Positions 1-14,378 of a stretch of 64,000 bases of DNA are shown here, piece by piece; the first letter of the stretch is position 1; the number at the start of each line of letters is the position of its first letter. A program made the position numbers and the translations under genes. The notes beneath the pieces were generated by a model that was not told the origin of the DNA, searched no databases, and saw only the letters and a program-made list of their open reading frames with translations. The DNA is taken from NCBI RefSeq assembly GCF_000150275.1, contig NW_002060964.1:858975-922974 (forward strand), given 5' to 3'. Source of the stretch: Trichoplax adhaerens. Lineage: Eukaryota; Animalia; Placozoa.

Positions 1-2756
1 TACAGGCATTAATCTCGCTATAAAGCTGGTAAGTCTAGTCTCTTCAGTGATATTAATGATAGCTAAGGATTGAATAATCTTAATTATGGCAAAATTATGT
101 TTTAAACGATAAAATACTTACAGTATTACAACCTACTGCCTCTTTGAAGAAATTACTTTAATGAGTATCTTCTATCTATTACATTCTAGGTATTGCCTAT
201 GTTTCAACTATGTGTTTATCTAACTCAGTTGGTGTAGTCGAGAACTCAATGAATTTGGAAGTTGTAGCTGCAATTATGGCGCATGAAATGGGCCATAATT
301 TTGGCATGAATCATGATACGGGCAGAACCTGTTCCTGCCCTTATAAACCAACTGGAGCTACAATATGTATTATGGCAGCGACGTTACGTTCGCCTTACCC
401 GCAATCATTCTCTAGCTGTAGCGTCGCAGACTTGAATAAAAATTTAAATGAAGGACTCGGATCATGTCTGTTTAACGCTCCTACAAAATTATACACAAAT
501 CCAGTTTGTGGAAATGGTTTTAGAGAATCGGGCGAGGAATGTGACTGTGGAAGCGTAACACAGTGTCAGGATCCTTGTTGCAATGCAGCAACATGTAAAC
601 TGCAATCATTTGCTGAATGCGCCTCCGGATCGTGCTGTGCAAATTGTAAATTCAAGGCTAGATCAACGTTATGTCGCAATGTTACGAATGATTGTGATTT
701 ACCAGAATACTGTAGTGGAACATCAGCAGATTGTCCTGTTAATGTCGTCAAGCAATCATCCCTTACATGTGGTAATAGTACCGGTTATTGCTATAATGGA
801 GCATGCGTTACTATCGACGCACAATGTCAAACATTATGGGGTCCTACTGGAAAGAAGGCTCCTCAGCTCTGTTGGGATAGACTCAATGTTGCTGGAAATA
901 AATATGGCTTTTGTAAGAAAACTAGTGCTGGACAGTTTATCGGTTGCACCGCTAGCAATGTTCAATGTGGTAAACTTCATTGCGATACACAAGCCAGTAA
1001 GCCCGCGATCGGTAGTACCTGGAGTTCTGCAACAGCTACATTTACTCAGGTAAGATCGCCTACTTAATGCTACTCGGCAAGTATTACCTCATATACAAAT
1101 ATCGTTAGCTAGGTACTATAACTTGCACCATGATTACATTAGTTTGACCTTAATGTTAACGTTATCTCTGCAAATACTAAATCTCTATTCGGATTTACTA
1201 ATTCTATTATTATAAAGGGTGGAAAGCAAACTATTTGCAGGAGCGCTTCTGTAGACTTAGGCTCGGACATCCCCGATCCAGGGATTGTATTGGACGGAAC
1301 AAAATGTGGAGATAAAAAAATTTGTTTCGATAACGAATGCCGTGATATTTCTAATGTTATTAACGTTAAACAGTGTAACCCTGTTGATTGCTCTAATCAC
1401 GGAGTAAGTAAAAATAATCTAAATTAATCATATTATAATCAGATAATATTCTAAAAATGAAAATAAACAGAGAAAGATAATGATATTAGTTCAGTTCACA
1501 GTAACTTTACTGCATTATTTCTGTTACTAGCTAACTGCTAACGTTGTCAATGTACTGATATCGACCATTTTCTTTACGACCAAAAATGCAGTTAGTTAAG
1601 ATATTGTATGAATTCTTCGTTATAGATTTGCAATAGTAACGGAAACTGTCATTGTGATAATGGTTACGCTCCACCGTCATGTAGTCAACCAGGCAATGGA
1701 GGTAGTATTGATAGTCATGGCCATAGCACTGTACCGACTGCAACTCCAGGTAAGATCGTTCTTAAACAATCTCATGTTTATGTTATACTTACAGCAGTAT
1801 CATATAACTGATAGAGATCGATGGCTATCTTTTCCTTTTCAATACCTTATAGCTTTACTTAGTTTCAGTGATAGTTTTAGTAGTAACAATCAAAATTTCT
1901 TTCCATAATTCTGATAATAGTAACCTTATTAACGTCCCTAATTTATCCATAACGTAGTACCACGATCTGCCAGTTACTTGTTCTTGTCTAGTTTAAGTCT
2001 GATATTGACCTTCAGTAGACAATATTTTTACGACATGTTATAATCTAAATTGATGGGAACTGTATACTAAGATAGAACCTTATAAATTCAAAAATAACAA
2101 TATCACACGTAAAAACGATCAAAATACAATTTCTTGATTCTTCTGCACTAACAGCCACCAGCCAAGCAACTACAAAATTACCCAACACAACTCCAACACA
2201 AACTCCGACTTCAGTCGCTACAACTCCAACTCCGACTTCAGTAGCTACAACTCAAACTCCGACTTTAGGAGCTACAACTCCAGCGCCTGCAACTTCGAAC
2301 TTAGTAACTACCGGTAGGTCTAAATATGTCTCTAGCTATCTCGAGCATAGAACTAGAATGTTAGTCATTTTTAATAGAACTCTTTTATTGTAGTATTTTA
2401 TCTTTAGGCAGTTTTATAGATAAACACCCGTATAGCTTCGACTAGGAGATAATGCCTTTAATTGTATTGCTTGAATTTAATTTTACAGTATTACTTGTAT
2501 AACTTATGTAAATCAAATTTTTACCACCACTAACCGTATCTAATTGCTTTTTCTATATATCTTTTTTCACATTATCATACTAGCATCAACAACTTCAGTC
2601 ACATCTACTATGAATGGAACTACGAACAGTACTAATAGTCCAAATGCTACAGTATCTACAGGAACAGTAGATAATCAAATTTCTGGCGCTTTAGGAAACA
2701 ACTATAACATTCTATATATCTTGTTACTTGTAAAGATTGCTTTTTGGCATTCTTAA
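1..2756 (+). CDS. ADAM-family (M12B) metalloprotease-disintegrin, copy 1 (5' part outside window), predicted GPI-anchored
   Basis: Exons <1-28, 190-1049, 1218-1403, 1626-1749, 2155-2313, 2584-2756, all GT/AG. Contains [12 protein letters not shown], Met-turn CIMAA, disintegrin [15 protein letters not shown]...DCDLPEYC, Cys-rich domain, EGF ending [10 protein letters not shown] stalk and terminal ...[25 protein letters not shown]. One base is missing at about position 20 relative to copy 2. Confidence 0.92.
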
Positions 2757-5700
2757 ACGATTTTTCTAACACTAACTGTGTTCGGTTTATCTATAACATA
2801 CGATTTATTTGTCAAAAACATAGCAAATGTTTATTTTCGATTTTTAGGTAATTTATTGCAATTGCTTTACCGTGAGGGATTATTATTACACTGTCATCAT
2901 TTAATCATCGCTTAATTAGAAATTTATCCGTATTCGTGTTATACAGTAATCATTTTACTTCATCAAGGAAATTTTGTAATATTCATTTCGTTTCATATCA
3001 ATATGCTAACTACTAACCGCTGATTACATATCGTTAATTTCGTAAGAAAAAGCTTAAAAATACATATTTATTTGCATGCTTATCATTTAATAAAATTATT
3101 GTCGCTTGTTTTCTTCACTACGAGAAATATTTAGTAAATGCAGTATGTTATTCATTAAATATTTACCGCGGTTTAGTTCCAGAAACAATCAAATACGAGA
3201 AAACATTACATCTGCACATAAGAATATCGAATTTCACCTAGATAAAGGCGATAATATCCACCTACTACTGAAAGTAACATCTAGTCGTCCCTGCAAATTC
3301 AGCCAAGAATTGAATGTCGTTTCGTTAAATTATTTAGCCTGAAATACAAACTATATCATTAATGAAAAACTATTAAGATTAAATTTAAAGAAAGCTGTAA
3401 AATTCTGCTGCTGACCTATAAACTTAACTAATTTTCTATACTTCATTATTTTAATATACTGCATAGTGAAACGTAGAAGATTAAGCTTAGAAAATGATAA
3501 GAAATTTATGATCACGTTAAATATTATAGAAATACGTCATTAGCCTAAAATTAAAACTTACAAGATCAGAGAATTGCATTTGACAAAAATTTTAAAGCTC
3601 ATCCAAGTTTACGCGTGTTAGAACTTCCCTCTCTTACCAACGATACTGCATATTCGTTGCGTTGCTGACGAATTATGGCTCTTAATGTTATTTTTTAACC
3701 ATACAAATCTGTAAGGGTTCTAGTTACTATTAACCTAACATTACAAATTTCCTATTATATTTTACGATTTTATTCGAGTATGAGGTTGAGAACGCTATCA
3801 GCTGATAGTAAAACAGCAGTAACCGTGCTTCTAAAGTTGCGTAGCTCATGCAGTAACACTGTACTGTACTTTAACTGTCTTAAAGCTAAAGCAATACGAC
3901 TACTATAACTGAACCATTTTAAGAACTTTTAACAAGTTATAAAATTTGTTTTATACTAGGACAGTTGTAGCAGCATAGAGAATACACTGTATACTTTACA
4001 GTATATACCAAATAGATTGAAATAAGCCTTTACCTTGAAACTGGCTTTAACTGCAAAATGATAGCTCGTTATTGTGGCCTATCGTCTATATTGCTAACTG
4101 AAAAATTGCAAACTTCGATTATCGACATGAATTTTAGGCGAAATTATTCCATTCCATTAACCCTTTAACGTCGCATAAATTTTGTAATCTATTATGATCA
4201 ACAACAGTATATCAAGTTAAGCTCATAACAAAAATAAATCAAATTGCTTCTGAAAATCTACCAAATACAATTCTGTTGAAGTAAAGGCAACATATCAATG
4301 TTGAACGACTTGGATCGATTTTATCACTTCTGGGAATAAAAGAAATTGATTCTAATTAAATTGATCTTAGCATTATCATTACGTGTGAATGATTATATTC
4401 GTATTATAATTATAATTTATTCTTAGTTATTATCTGCTATACCAGCCCCGCATTGTATCCAGTAAAAGAGAATGGATTGAAATCATAAACCATCATTGCT
4501 TATAGGCTAGTCAAAGTACTAGTAAATAATCACGATTAATTAGGTTGTATAAAATAGTTAACGAAATAATATCTAGTCCTTAAAAAATATACTAATCCTC
4601 TTCGTCTGAATATTTTTATTAGCCCAAAATTCAATTAATTGATAGACATTTAAATAAATTAAAGGAAGTCTGCCATTCTCAAAAGCAATTAGACCCACCA
4701 CTGTTATTCAATTCACGTCAAATTCTTACCCAAAATGTATTTATATTTTACAGAACAATAGCATTCATTTAGATGCTGACAGAGATATCAACATAAAGGT
4801 ATGACTATCGAAACAATTTAAACCGCAAATTAAGAAGTCTACGTATGTCTCATCTGTACTGACATAAATGAACACTTGGAGGTGTGTTTTTAAATAATAT
4901 TGCAACTGGATTGAACGAGACTCGGATTCTAGCTAAGATAATTTTAAAATTATAGATTTATCAAAAAATCTTCCTAATTATACACTCCTCGATAAGAAGA
5001 TTTTTAAAGCATAACGTTCTCACTCCGATATTAAGAAGCTATTGACAACGAAAATATTGCTTCCTGTACATGCAATAATTTAAAATATACAGTCAGTACG
5101 TATGGTTATCATAAAAATCGATCATATTCTATAGTACGTAGAGTTGCTTACTATAAAATTACTTACTTCCATAAGAGTACTGTACAGCATGCCATTATTC
5201 TATCAAAGTAATCAAAATACAGTACCAAGGACTACTAATACTAATAGTGCTCTACTATAAAGCTGACTTAGAAAGTAAACACTTTCGTAAGATCTATTTA
5301 TGAGTACAAATGAACAAAAATTCTATTTTAGTGCACCTACATGTAGTAAAGCATCCCATACATCAAAATATTATATCAAGGACAACAATTTTTATTGAAG
5401 TAATCTAATCGCTTCGCCTATACGGACATGAATCAGTGATATAAACAGTCCTATCGAAAACTTATCCGTATCATCTAGATCTTGAAGTGTTGGTAAAAAT
5501 TGATCATAACAATACTGCTTCGAGATTTATTCAATTATAACAATATTATTAAACTAATAACGTATATATATGATGTAAATCAGCAGCTTTATTGCTTTTT
5601 CATCCAATGCTTTGTTCCGGCGTAATTCCGTCGCTATAGAATAGTTCAATGACCTGACTCTCTGCAAGTAAATAATACCCTTTCGAGTTGTTTGCTTCTA

Positions 5701-6334
5701 TCTTTTGTGTTCTCTTTCTATCTTTTATTTGACGCTTTGGCGAATAAAAATAATCGCAGACTCAGCCTACAAGTACCGTAATAATTGCCTTAAGCATTAA
5801 TTCCTGCAATGCGTGTTCTTATCGTACTATATTCGGGTAGTGCCCCTCAACACTTTGCATTACTGTTTGATCTTTAATTCTTCTAGGATAATTAAAAGCT
5901 ATAATCAGGTTGTCAAACGATTACTTGCCTTGATTGTATACATTCGTTATACGTGCCATTACTGAGATCGCAAGGGAAAATTGGGTGCAAGTGCATTCAA
6001 CACGCCATAGGTAGGATAAAATTATCTTGTGTAATATATCCTGTGATTTTAAAGTATACAAAAGATCGTAATCAGCTTACTCGTAAACAGATATTCGTGT
6101 GTTTGTTTGAAATTTACTTCTACACAATTTAAGCAATGATACAAGTAGCCGAGTTTTCTGTTGAAAAATAGACTAGAAATACAACGTCCTCCCTAATTTT
6201 TTAATAAAACCCAGATTCCAGAATCAGTTTCTATTTAGAATTGAATTATTCGATATGAATTGTTCATTTAACTGCATATGTATAGACAGACTAAACGATA
6301 AAATGTATCTATGTTTAGCGTACTAGGATTAGCG

Positions 6335-9300
6335 ATGGTCACTCTAGGAAGCAGTAAAACACGGAGCAAGAGCTATTCTCGCTGGCTAACTGTTGCTTTG
6401 TCCTTGATATTGTTAAATACTCTGACCGACGCTAACTTAACCAAGGAACAAAAACAGCAACTACCTCATGGACTTCGTAGTTATCATTTATTTAAACCCG
6501 AAATAACTATTAAAGGAGAAAAATATCAGTGGCCAATTGTATCGTCAACTGCATCAGTCGATATAAATCTAAATGGTGAAAAGCTAACGTTAGATTTACA
6601 GCGTAACGATGGACTAGTCGATCGCTATTTTCATCATACCTATCAAGTTAATGGTCAAATGCGTCGCCAACGAGGCTTAACACAACCATTTTGCTACTAT
6701 CACGGTCGAATTCGCCAAACTGCAAACGCTAAGGTAAGGCTAATGACCTTGACTGTAACTGTATAAGCAGCACGCCACAATTACTAATGTCTATAACTCA
6801 ACTAAATATCCAGTTCATGGATTACCATTAAAGTAACTATTTTACAAGTTACAAACCTACAGAAAGTAACATATTAAACTTTTATGATACTTCACATTCA
6901 TATTACGGTTTATGGATATAGTTACAGTATCCTTAAAAGAAAATAATAAAAGTAAGAATCGAAAATTTCTTTATAAAAGGGAAGATATCTCCATCCATCT
7001 TCCCTTAAATTAAATCGTATAAAAATTAACCAATCACTCTCATATAGTTTCGCCCATAATACAAATAGGTTACCTGTAATACAATAACATAAATGTACCG
7101 TAATTCAATAGCGGATAATACATCGGCTTCACCAGATTGAACAATGTACATAATGCGTTAGATATTGTCTTACATGAATATTAATAAAACTCATTTTTTT
7201 GCAGCTCATGAGTCGTATGATTGAGTTAAAGAAGTCTTTACTTAAAAACTCGCTATTGTAGACGTAGAAATCATTTTGCTATCAACGATTACATTTTTAC
7301 GAGTTAAACCTTAGTCCTAAGCTGTAATTATCATGATAACTAGCTCATAGTATTGCACTATTCGATTAAGATATATTGTGTATTCGTATGATAATTAATC
7401 TTATACACTTAATAGACTAATGGACTAATTTGTTTGCCATCTATCGCCGTTATCGTTAAATTAGGATTCACTAGATAACGTGGCTGTCGCCGCTTGTCGC
7501 GGTATTAAAGGAAGATTTCACTATCGTGGTCATGATTACGCTATAATGCCTCTCGACGATCAACTGCACGCTACCTATCGTATCAAAGATCTAGAAGATC
7601 AAAGTAGTAATCACCTTAAGGAATATCACTGTGCTAGTGAAATCCCAGAATTAAATCCGAAAGTTGAGAAATTGCTTGAAGATAGAAAAGTATTACATCT
7701 ACGTCGTCGGCGCAATGTTATCAATGAAACCAAGTATGTCGAATTAGTATTAGTAAACGATAAGCGATCATTCGATCTCTTAAATGGCAATTTAACCGCT
7801 ATAGAAAGTCATTCTATTCAGGTTAGTGCATAAAATCAATATTTGATATTAATTAATAATTGCCTAACTCCGTACAATCTCATAATTTTCATTACAATTT
7901 TACCTGTTACGCTCACTAAACAACCGCCACACGGTAATGCACTGTGATGTATAGGTATAAGTTAATGAAGTAGTTACTATCGTACACAGAACGTATGTTG
8001 TACAACATTCATGGTAATATTACAATTTTCGCGACTACTGTACTTATTCGAGCATTTATTCAATAGTGGGCCAGCTTCGCAAAAGGGATTGTCCTATCAG
8101 GCGTGATTAACATAACGCCGCATAAATAATGAGCGTTAATCACTAAACAATAGTAAAATTCTATACAATAAATGTACATTATATCGATTGATTATAGCGC
8201 TAACAAGCACTACAATAACTACTAATTAAAATTAATAAAATCACTCTATGTTGCAGTATGTTGATATATTCATTACATATGGTAGGAAAAGTAATTTGAA
8301 TTTTTACACGTTTCGTGTCTTGTAAACTAGTTCGATACCCTGTAAGTGCCAAACTATACAATATTTTAGACATCTTCTGTAAAGTAGCAGCATAATTAGG
8401 TTTTGGTAGGGTATAATTTGAGATTGTCCAACAACAAGGTAGAGCCTATTATGGTTAAGGAATGTAGTCACAGAGCAACTATCAATGGCAATTACTACAA
8501 ATCGCATGTTATCTTTCGCAGTGTTAAGATATTATTTTCATATTCGCAAAGAGTCATGATAAACCAGCTCTTCTATCAAGTGTACCATAAAATATAGAGT
8601 ATCTATCGTAATAGAAACTATGATTATTGTGAACATCTGTTGGTTTCCAGTAGCCTTTAAAAATAGATTGTAAGAATGTGACAGCTCTATTTTGCATAAA
8701 CCTAGGTCGCTAATAACGTCGATTTAAGATATAAGTCAATCAACATACGCGTTGCTCTGATGAGTTTAGTTACGTGGTCCCAAGCTGATCAAATGCTGGT
8801 TACAACAGATGGCTCTGCTACTTTAACTAGGTTCGCTAATTACTCAAATTTGGTTTTGAAGAAATCAAATCCGTATGACAACGCACAATTACTTACAGGC
8901 ATTAATCTCGCTAATAAAGCTGGTAAGTCTAGTCTCTTCAGTGATATTAATGATAGCTAAGGATTAAATAATCTTAATTATGGCAAAATTATGTTTTAAA
9001 CGATAAAATACTTACAGTATTACAACCTACTGCCTCTTTGAAGAAATTACTTTAATGAGTATCTTCTATCTATTACAATCTAGGTATTGCCTATGTTTCA
9101 ACTATGTGTTTATCTAACTCAGTTGGTGTAGTCGAGAACTCAATGAATTTGGAAGTTGTAGCTGCAATTATGGCGCATGAAATGGGCCATAATTTTGGCA
9201 TGAATCATGATACGGGCAGAACCTGTTCCTGCCCTTATAAACCAACTGGAGCTACAATATGTATTATGGCAGCGACGTTACGTTCGCCTTACCCGCAATC

Positions 9301-12300
9301 ATTCTCTAGCTGTAGCGTCGCAGACTTGAATAAAAATTTAAATGAAGGACTCGGATCATGTCTGTTTAACGCTCCTACAAAATTATACACAAATCCAGTT
9401 TGTGGAAATGGTTTTAGAGAATCGGGCGAGGAATGTGACTGCGGAAGCGTAGCACAGTGTCAGGATCCTTGTTGCAATGCAGCAACATGTAAACTGCAAT
9501 CGTTTGCTGAATGCGCCTCCGGATCGTGCTGTGCAAATTGTAAATTCAAGGCTAGATCAACGCTATGCCGCAATGTTACGAATGATTGTGATTTACCAGA
9601 ATACTGTAGTGGAACATCAGCAGATTGTCCTGTTAATGTCGTCAAGCAATCATCGCTTACATGTGGTAATGGTGCCGGTTATTGCTATAATGGAGCATGC
9701 GTTACTATCGACGCACAATGTCAAACATTATGGGGTTCCACTGGAAAGAAGGCTCCTCAGCTCTGTTGGGATAGACTCAATGTTGCTGGAAATAAATATG
9801 GCTTTTGTAAGAAAACTAGTGCTGGACAGTTTATCGGTTGCACCGCAAGCAATGTTCAATGTGGTAAACTTCATTGCGATACACAAGCCAGTAAGCCCGC
9901 GATCGGTAGTACCTGGAGTTCTGCAACAGTTACATTTACTCAGGTAAGATCGCCTACTTAATGCTACTCGGCAAGTATTACCTCATATACAAATATCGTT
10001 AGCTAGGTACTATAACTTGCGCCATGATTACATTAGTTTGACCTTAATGTTAACGTTACCTCTGCAAATACTAAATCTCTATTCGGATTTACTAATTCTA
10101 TTATTATAAAGGGTGGACAGCAAACTATTTGCAAGAGCGCTTCTGTAGACTTAGGCTCGGACATCCCCGATCCAGGGATTGTATTGGACGGAACAAAATG
10201 TGGAGATAAAAAAATTTGTTTCGATAACGAATGCCGAAATATTTCTTCCGTCATCAACGTTAAACAGTGTAACCCTGTTGATTGCTCTAATCACGGAGTA
10301 AGTAAAAAATAATCTAAATTAATCATATTATAATCAGATAATATTCTAAAAATGAAAATGAACAGAGAAAGATAATGATATTACTTCAGTTCACAGTAAC
10401 TCAGCTGCATTATTTCTGATACTAGCTGACAGCTAACGTTGTCAATGTACTGATATCGACCATTTTCTTTACGACCAAAAATGCAGTTAGTTAAGATATT
10501 GTATGAATTCTTCGTTATAGATTTGCAATAGTAACGGAAACTGTCATTGTGATAATGGTTACGCTCCACCGTCATGTAGTCAACCAGGCAATGGAGGCAG
10601 TATTGATAGTCATGGCCATAGCACTGTACCGACTGCAACTCTAGGTAAGATCGTTCTTAAACAATCTCATGTTTATGTTATACTTACAGCAGTATCATAT
10701 AACTGATAGAGATCGATGGCTATCTTTTCCTTTTCAATACCTTATAGCTTTACTTAGTTTCAGTGATAGTTTTAGTAGTAACAATCAAAATTTCTTTCCA
10801 TAATTCTGATAATAGTAACCTTATTAACGTCCCTAATTTATCCATAACGTAGTACCACGATCTGCCAGTTACTTGTTCTTGTCTAGTTTAAGTCTGATAT
10901 TGACCTTCAGTAGACAATATTTTTACGACATATTACAATCTAAATTGATGGCAACTGTATACCAAGATAGAACCTTATAAATTCAAAAAAATAACAATAT
11001 CACACGTAAAAGCGATCAAAATACAATTTCTTGATTCTTCTGCACTAACAGCCACCAGCCAAGCAACTACAAAATTACCCAACACAACTCCAACACAAAC
11101 TCCGACTTCAGTCGCTACAACTCCAACTCCGACTTCAGTAGCTACAACTCAAACTCCGACTTTAGGAGCTACAACTCAAGCTACAACTCAAGCTACAACT
11201 CAAGCTACAACTCAAGCTACGACTCAAGCTACAACTCAAGCTACAACTCAAGCTACAACTCAAGCTACAACTCAAGCTACAACTCAAGCTACAACTCAAG
11301 CTACGACTCAAGCTACAACTCAAGCTACAACTCAAGCTACAACTCAAGCTACGACTCAAGCTACGACTCAAGCTACGACTCAAGCTACGACTCAAGCTAC
11401 GACTCAAGCTACTACTCAAGCTACAACTCAAGCTACAACTCAAGCTACAACTCTAGCTACAACTCTAGCTACAACTCTAGCTACAACTCTAGCTACAACT
11501 CAAGCTACTACTCAAGCTACAACTCAAGCTACGACTCAAGCTACGACTCAAGCTACGACTCAAGCTACGACTCAAGCTACGACTCAAGCTACTACTCAAG
11601 CTACTACTCAAGCTACAACTCAAACTACAACTCAAGCTACTACTCAAGCTACTACTCAAGCTACAACTCAAGCTACAACTCAAGCTACAACTCTAGCTAC
11701 AACTCTAGCTACAAATCAAACTCCGACTTCAGGAGCTACAACTCAAACTACGACATCAGGAGCTTCTACTCAAACTTCGACTTCAGGAGCTACAACTCAA
11801 ACTACGGCCTCAGAGGCTACAACTCAAACTACGACTTTAGGAGCTACAGCTCAAGCTACAACTCAAGCTTCGACTTCAGAAGCTACAACTCAAACTCCAC
11901 TTCAGGAACTACAACTCAAACTACGACCTCAGGAGCTACAACTCAAACTCCGACTTCCGGAGCTACAACCCAAACTTTGACTTCAGGAGCTACAACTCAA
12001 GCTCCAACTTTGGGAACTACAACTCAAACTACGACCTCAGGAGCTACAACTCAAACTCCGACTTCTGGAGCCACAACTCAAACTTCGACTCCAGGAGCTA
12101 CAACTCAAACTCTGACTTCTGGAGCCACAACTCAAACTTCAACTCCAGGAGCTACAACTCCAGCGCCTGCAACTTCGAACTCAGCAACTACGGGTAGGTC
12201 TAAGTAACTGTTTCTAGCTGTCTCCAGAATAGAACTAGAATGTTAGTCATAGTATTCTTTTATTGTAGTATTTTATCTTTAGACAGTTTTATACGAGTAT

Positions 12301-12638
12301 ATAAAACATTCGCGCTGCTTAGAGTAGGAGATTATATCCTTAATTGTATTGCTTGAATTTAATTTTACAGTATTACTTGTATAACTTATGTAAATCAAAT
12401 TTTTTCTACCAGTAACTGTATCTAATTGCTTTTTCTATATATCTTTTTTCACATTATCATACTAGCATCAACAACTTCAGTCACATCTACTATGAATGGA
12501 ACTACGAACAGTACTAATAGTCCAAATGCTACAGTATCTACAGGAACAGTAGATAATCAAATTTCTGGCGCTTTAGGAAACAACTATAACATTCTATATA
12601 TCTTGTTACTTGTAAAGATTGCTTTTTGGCATTCTTAA
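6335..12638 (+). CDS. ADAM-family metalloprotease-disintegrin, copy 2, long mucin stalk (apparent -1 frameshift at about 11899)
   Basis: Exons 6335(or 6311)-6733, 7465-7821, 8706-8922, 9084-9943, 10112-10297, 10521-10644, 11052-12193, 12466-12638. Signal peptide ([17 protein letters not shown]), prodomain FCYYHG, putative Cys switch EYHCASE, furin [28 protein letters not shown]. Confidence 0.93.
11168..11719 (+). repeat. Coding 12-bp minisatellite (GCTACAACTCAA), about 46 units, encoding (ATTQ/ATTL)n
   Basis: 552 bp of 12-bp period. Variation is mostly at the Thr wobble position (aca/acg/act) or caa/cta. Confidence 0.97.
11720..12160 (+). repeat. Coding 27-bp degenerate tandem repeat encoding TPTSGATTQ-like units
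   Basis: Recurring actccgacttcaggagctacaactcaa-type units. The ORF track 11977-12207 shows the translation. Confidence 0.92.
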
Positions 12639-14378
12639 ACGATTTCTCTAACACTAACTGTGTTCGGTTTATCTATAACATACGATTTATTTGTCAAAAA
12701 CATAGCAAATGTTTATTTTCGATTTTTAGGTAATTTATTGCAATTGCTTTACCGTCAGGGATTATTATTACACTGTCATCATTTAATCATCGCTTAATTA
12801 GAAATTTATCCGTATTCGCCTTATACAGTAATCATTTTACTTCATCAAGGAAATTTTGTAATATTCATTTCGTTTCATATCAATATGTTAACTACTAACC
12901 GCTGATTACATATCGTTGATTTCGTAAGAAAAAGCTTAAAATACATATTTATTTGCATGCTTATCATTTAATAAAATGATTGTCGCTTGTCTTCTTCACT
13001 ACGAGAAATATTTAATAAATGCAGTATGTTATTCATTTAATATTTACCGCGGTTTAGTTCCAGAAACAATCAAATACGAGAAAACATTACATCTGCACAT
13101 AAGAATATCGAATTTCACCTAGATAAAGGCGATAATATCCACCTACTACTGAAAGTAACATCTAGTCGTCCCTGCAAATTCAGCCAAGAATTGAAGGTCG
13201 TTTGGTTTAATTATTTAGCCTGAAATACAATCTATATCATTAATGAAAAACTATTAAGATTAAATTTAAAGAAAGCTGTAAAATTCTGCTGCTGACCTAT
13301 AAACTTAACTAATTTTCTATACTTCATTATTTTAATATACTGCTTAGTGAAACGTAGAAGATTAAGCTTAGAAAATGATAAGAAATTTATGATCACGTTA
13401 AATATTATAGAAATACGTGATTAGCCTTAAATTAAAACTTACAAGATCAGAGAATTGCATTTAACAAAAATTTTAAAGCTCATCCAAGTTTACGCGTGTT
13501 AGAACTCCCCTCTCCTACCGACGATACTGCATACTATACAGTGCACACAGTATACTGCATATTCTTCGCATTGCTGACGAATTAAGACTCATAGCTTTAT
13601 TTATTTAGCCTTATAAATATGTGAGGGTTTTAGTTATTATTAAGCTAGCTTCGTGAATTTCCCATTATTTACACGATTATATTCAGGCGAGAAGGTGGGA
13701 ATATTATCAACTGCAGGTAGAATAGCAGTAACCGTGCTTGCAAAGTTGTTGCATCGCTCATACAGTAGCTTTGTACTGTACTTTAACTGTCGTAAAGCTA
13801 AAGCAATGTGACTACTGCTACTGAATGCAAGATGCTTCTGTACCATTTCTAGATCTTTTGAAAAATTGTAAAAATCTGTCTTGTACTAGACAGTGGACGC
13901 TTGCAGTAGTATAGAGTCTATATGCAAGATAGATTGACGTACAACTTTTACCTTGAAAATAGGTTCCGTAGTAGAGGTAACATATCAATATGAAACCATT
14001 CGGATCAATTTTATCTCGTCTGAGAATAAAAGAAATTGATACTAATTAAATTGATCTTAGAACTATCATTATGTGTGATTGATCATATTCAAATTATAAT
14101 TTACGCTACGTTTTTATCTAATATACCAGTTCCGCTGTGTATCTAGTAAAAGAGAATAGTTTGATACTGTAAACTATCATTATTTATTGGCTAATCAAAA
14201 TACTGGTAAAAGATCGCGAGCAGTTAATTTATATGAAATGGCTAACGAAATAATGTCTAGTCTTAAAAAGTTACTGTAAACTGATCCTCTTCATCTAGAT
14301 ATTTTTATTAAGCTGACTTAGAATTCAATTAATTGATAGATATTTAATCAAATTATCGCGAAATACTTGAAGCAAAAG

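Noticed and set aside
566-1053. Overlapping alternate-frame and antisense ORFs in the ADAM catalytic exons (also near 9460, 9477, 19324, 19512, 28361, 39043)
   Set aside because: These are shadow ORFs of Cys-rich coding sequence. They recur only because the exon is duplicated, and they break up in diverged copies.
11162-11683. - strand (SCSL/SRSL)n ORFs
   Set aside because: They are the antisense reading of the ATTQ minisatellite. The synonymous-variation pattern and splice sites support the + strand.
11168-12160. CRISPR-like array or antifreeze glycoprotein
   Set aside because: There are no unique spacers, the context is a eukaryotic exon, and the unit is ATTQ rather than the AAT tripeptide. 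A mucin stalk explains it.
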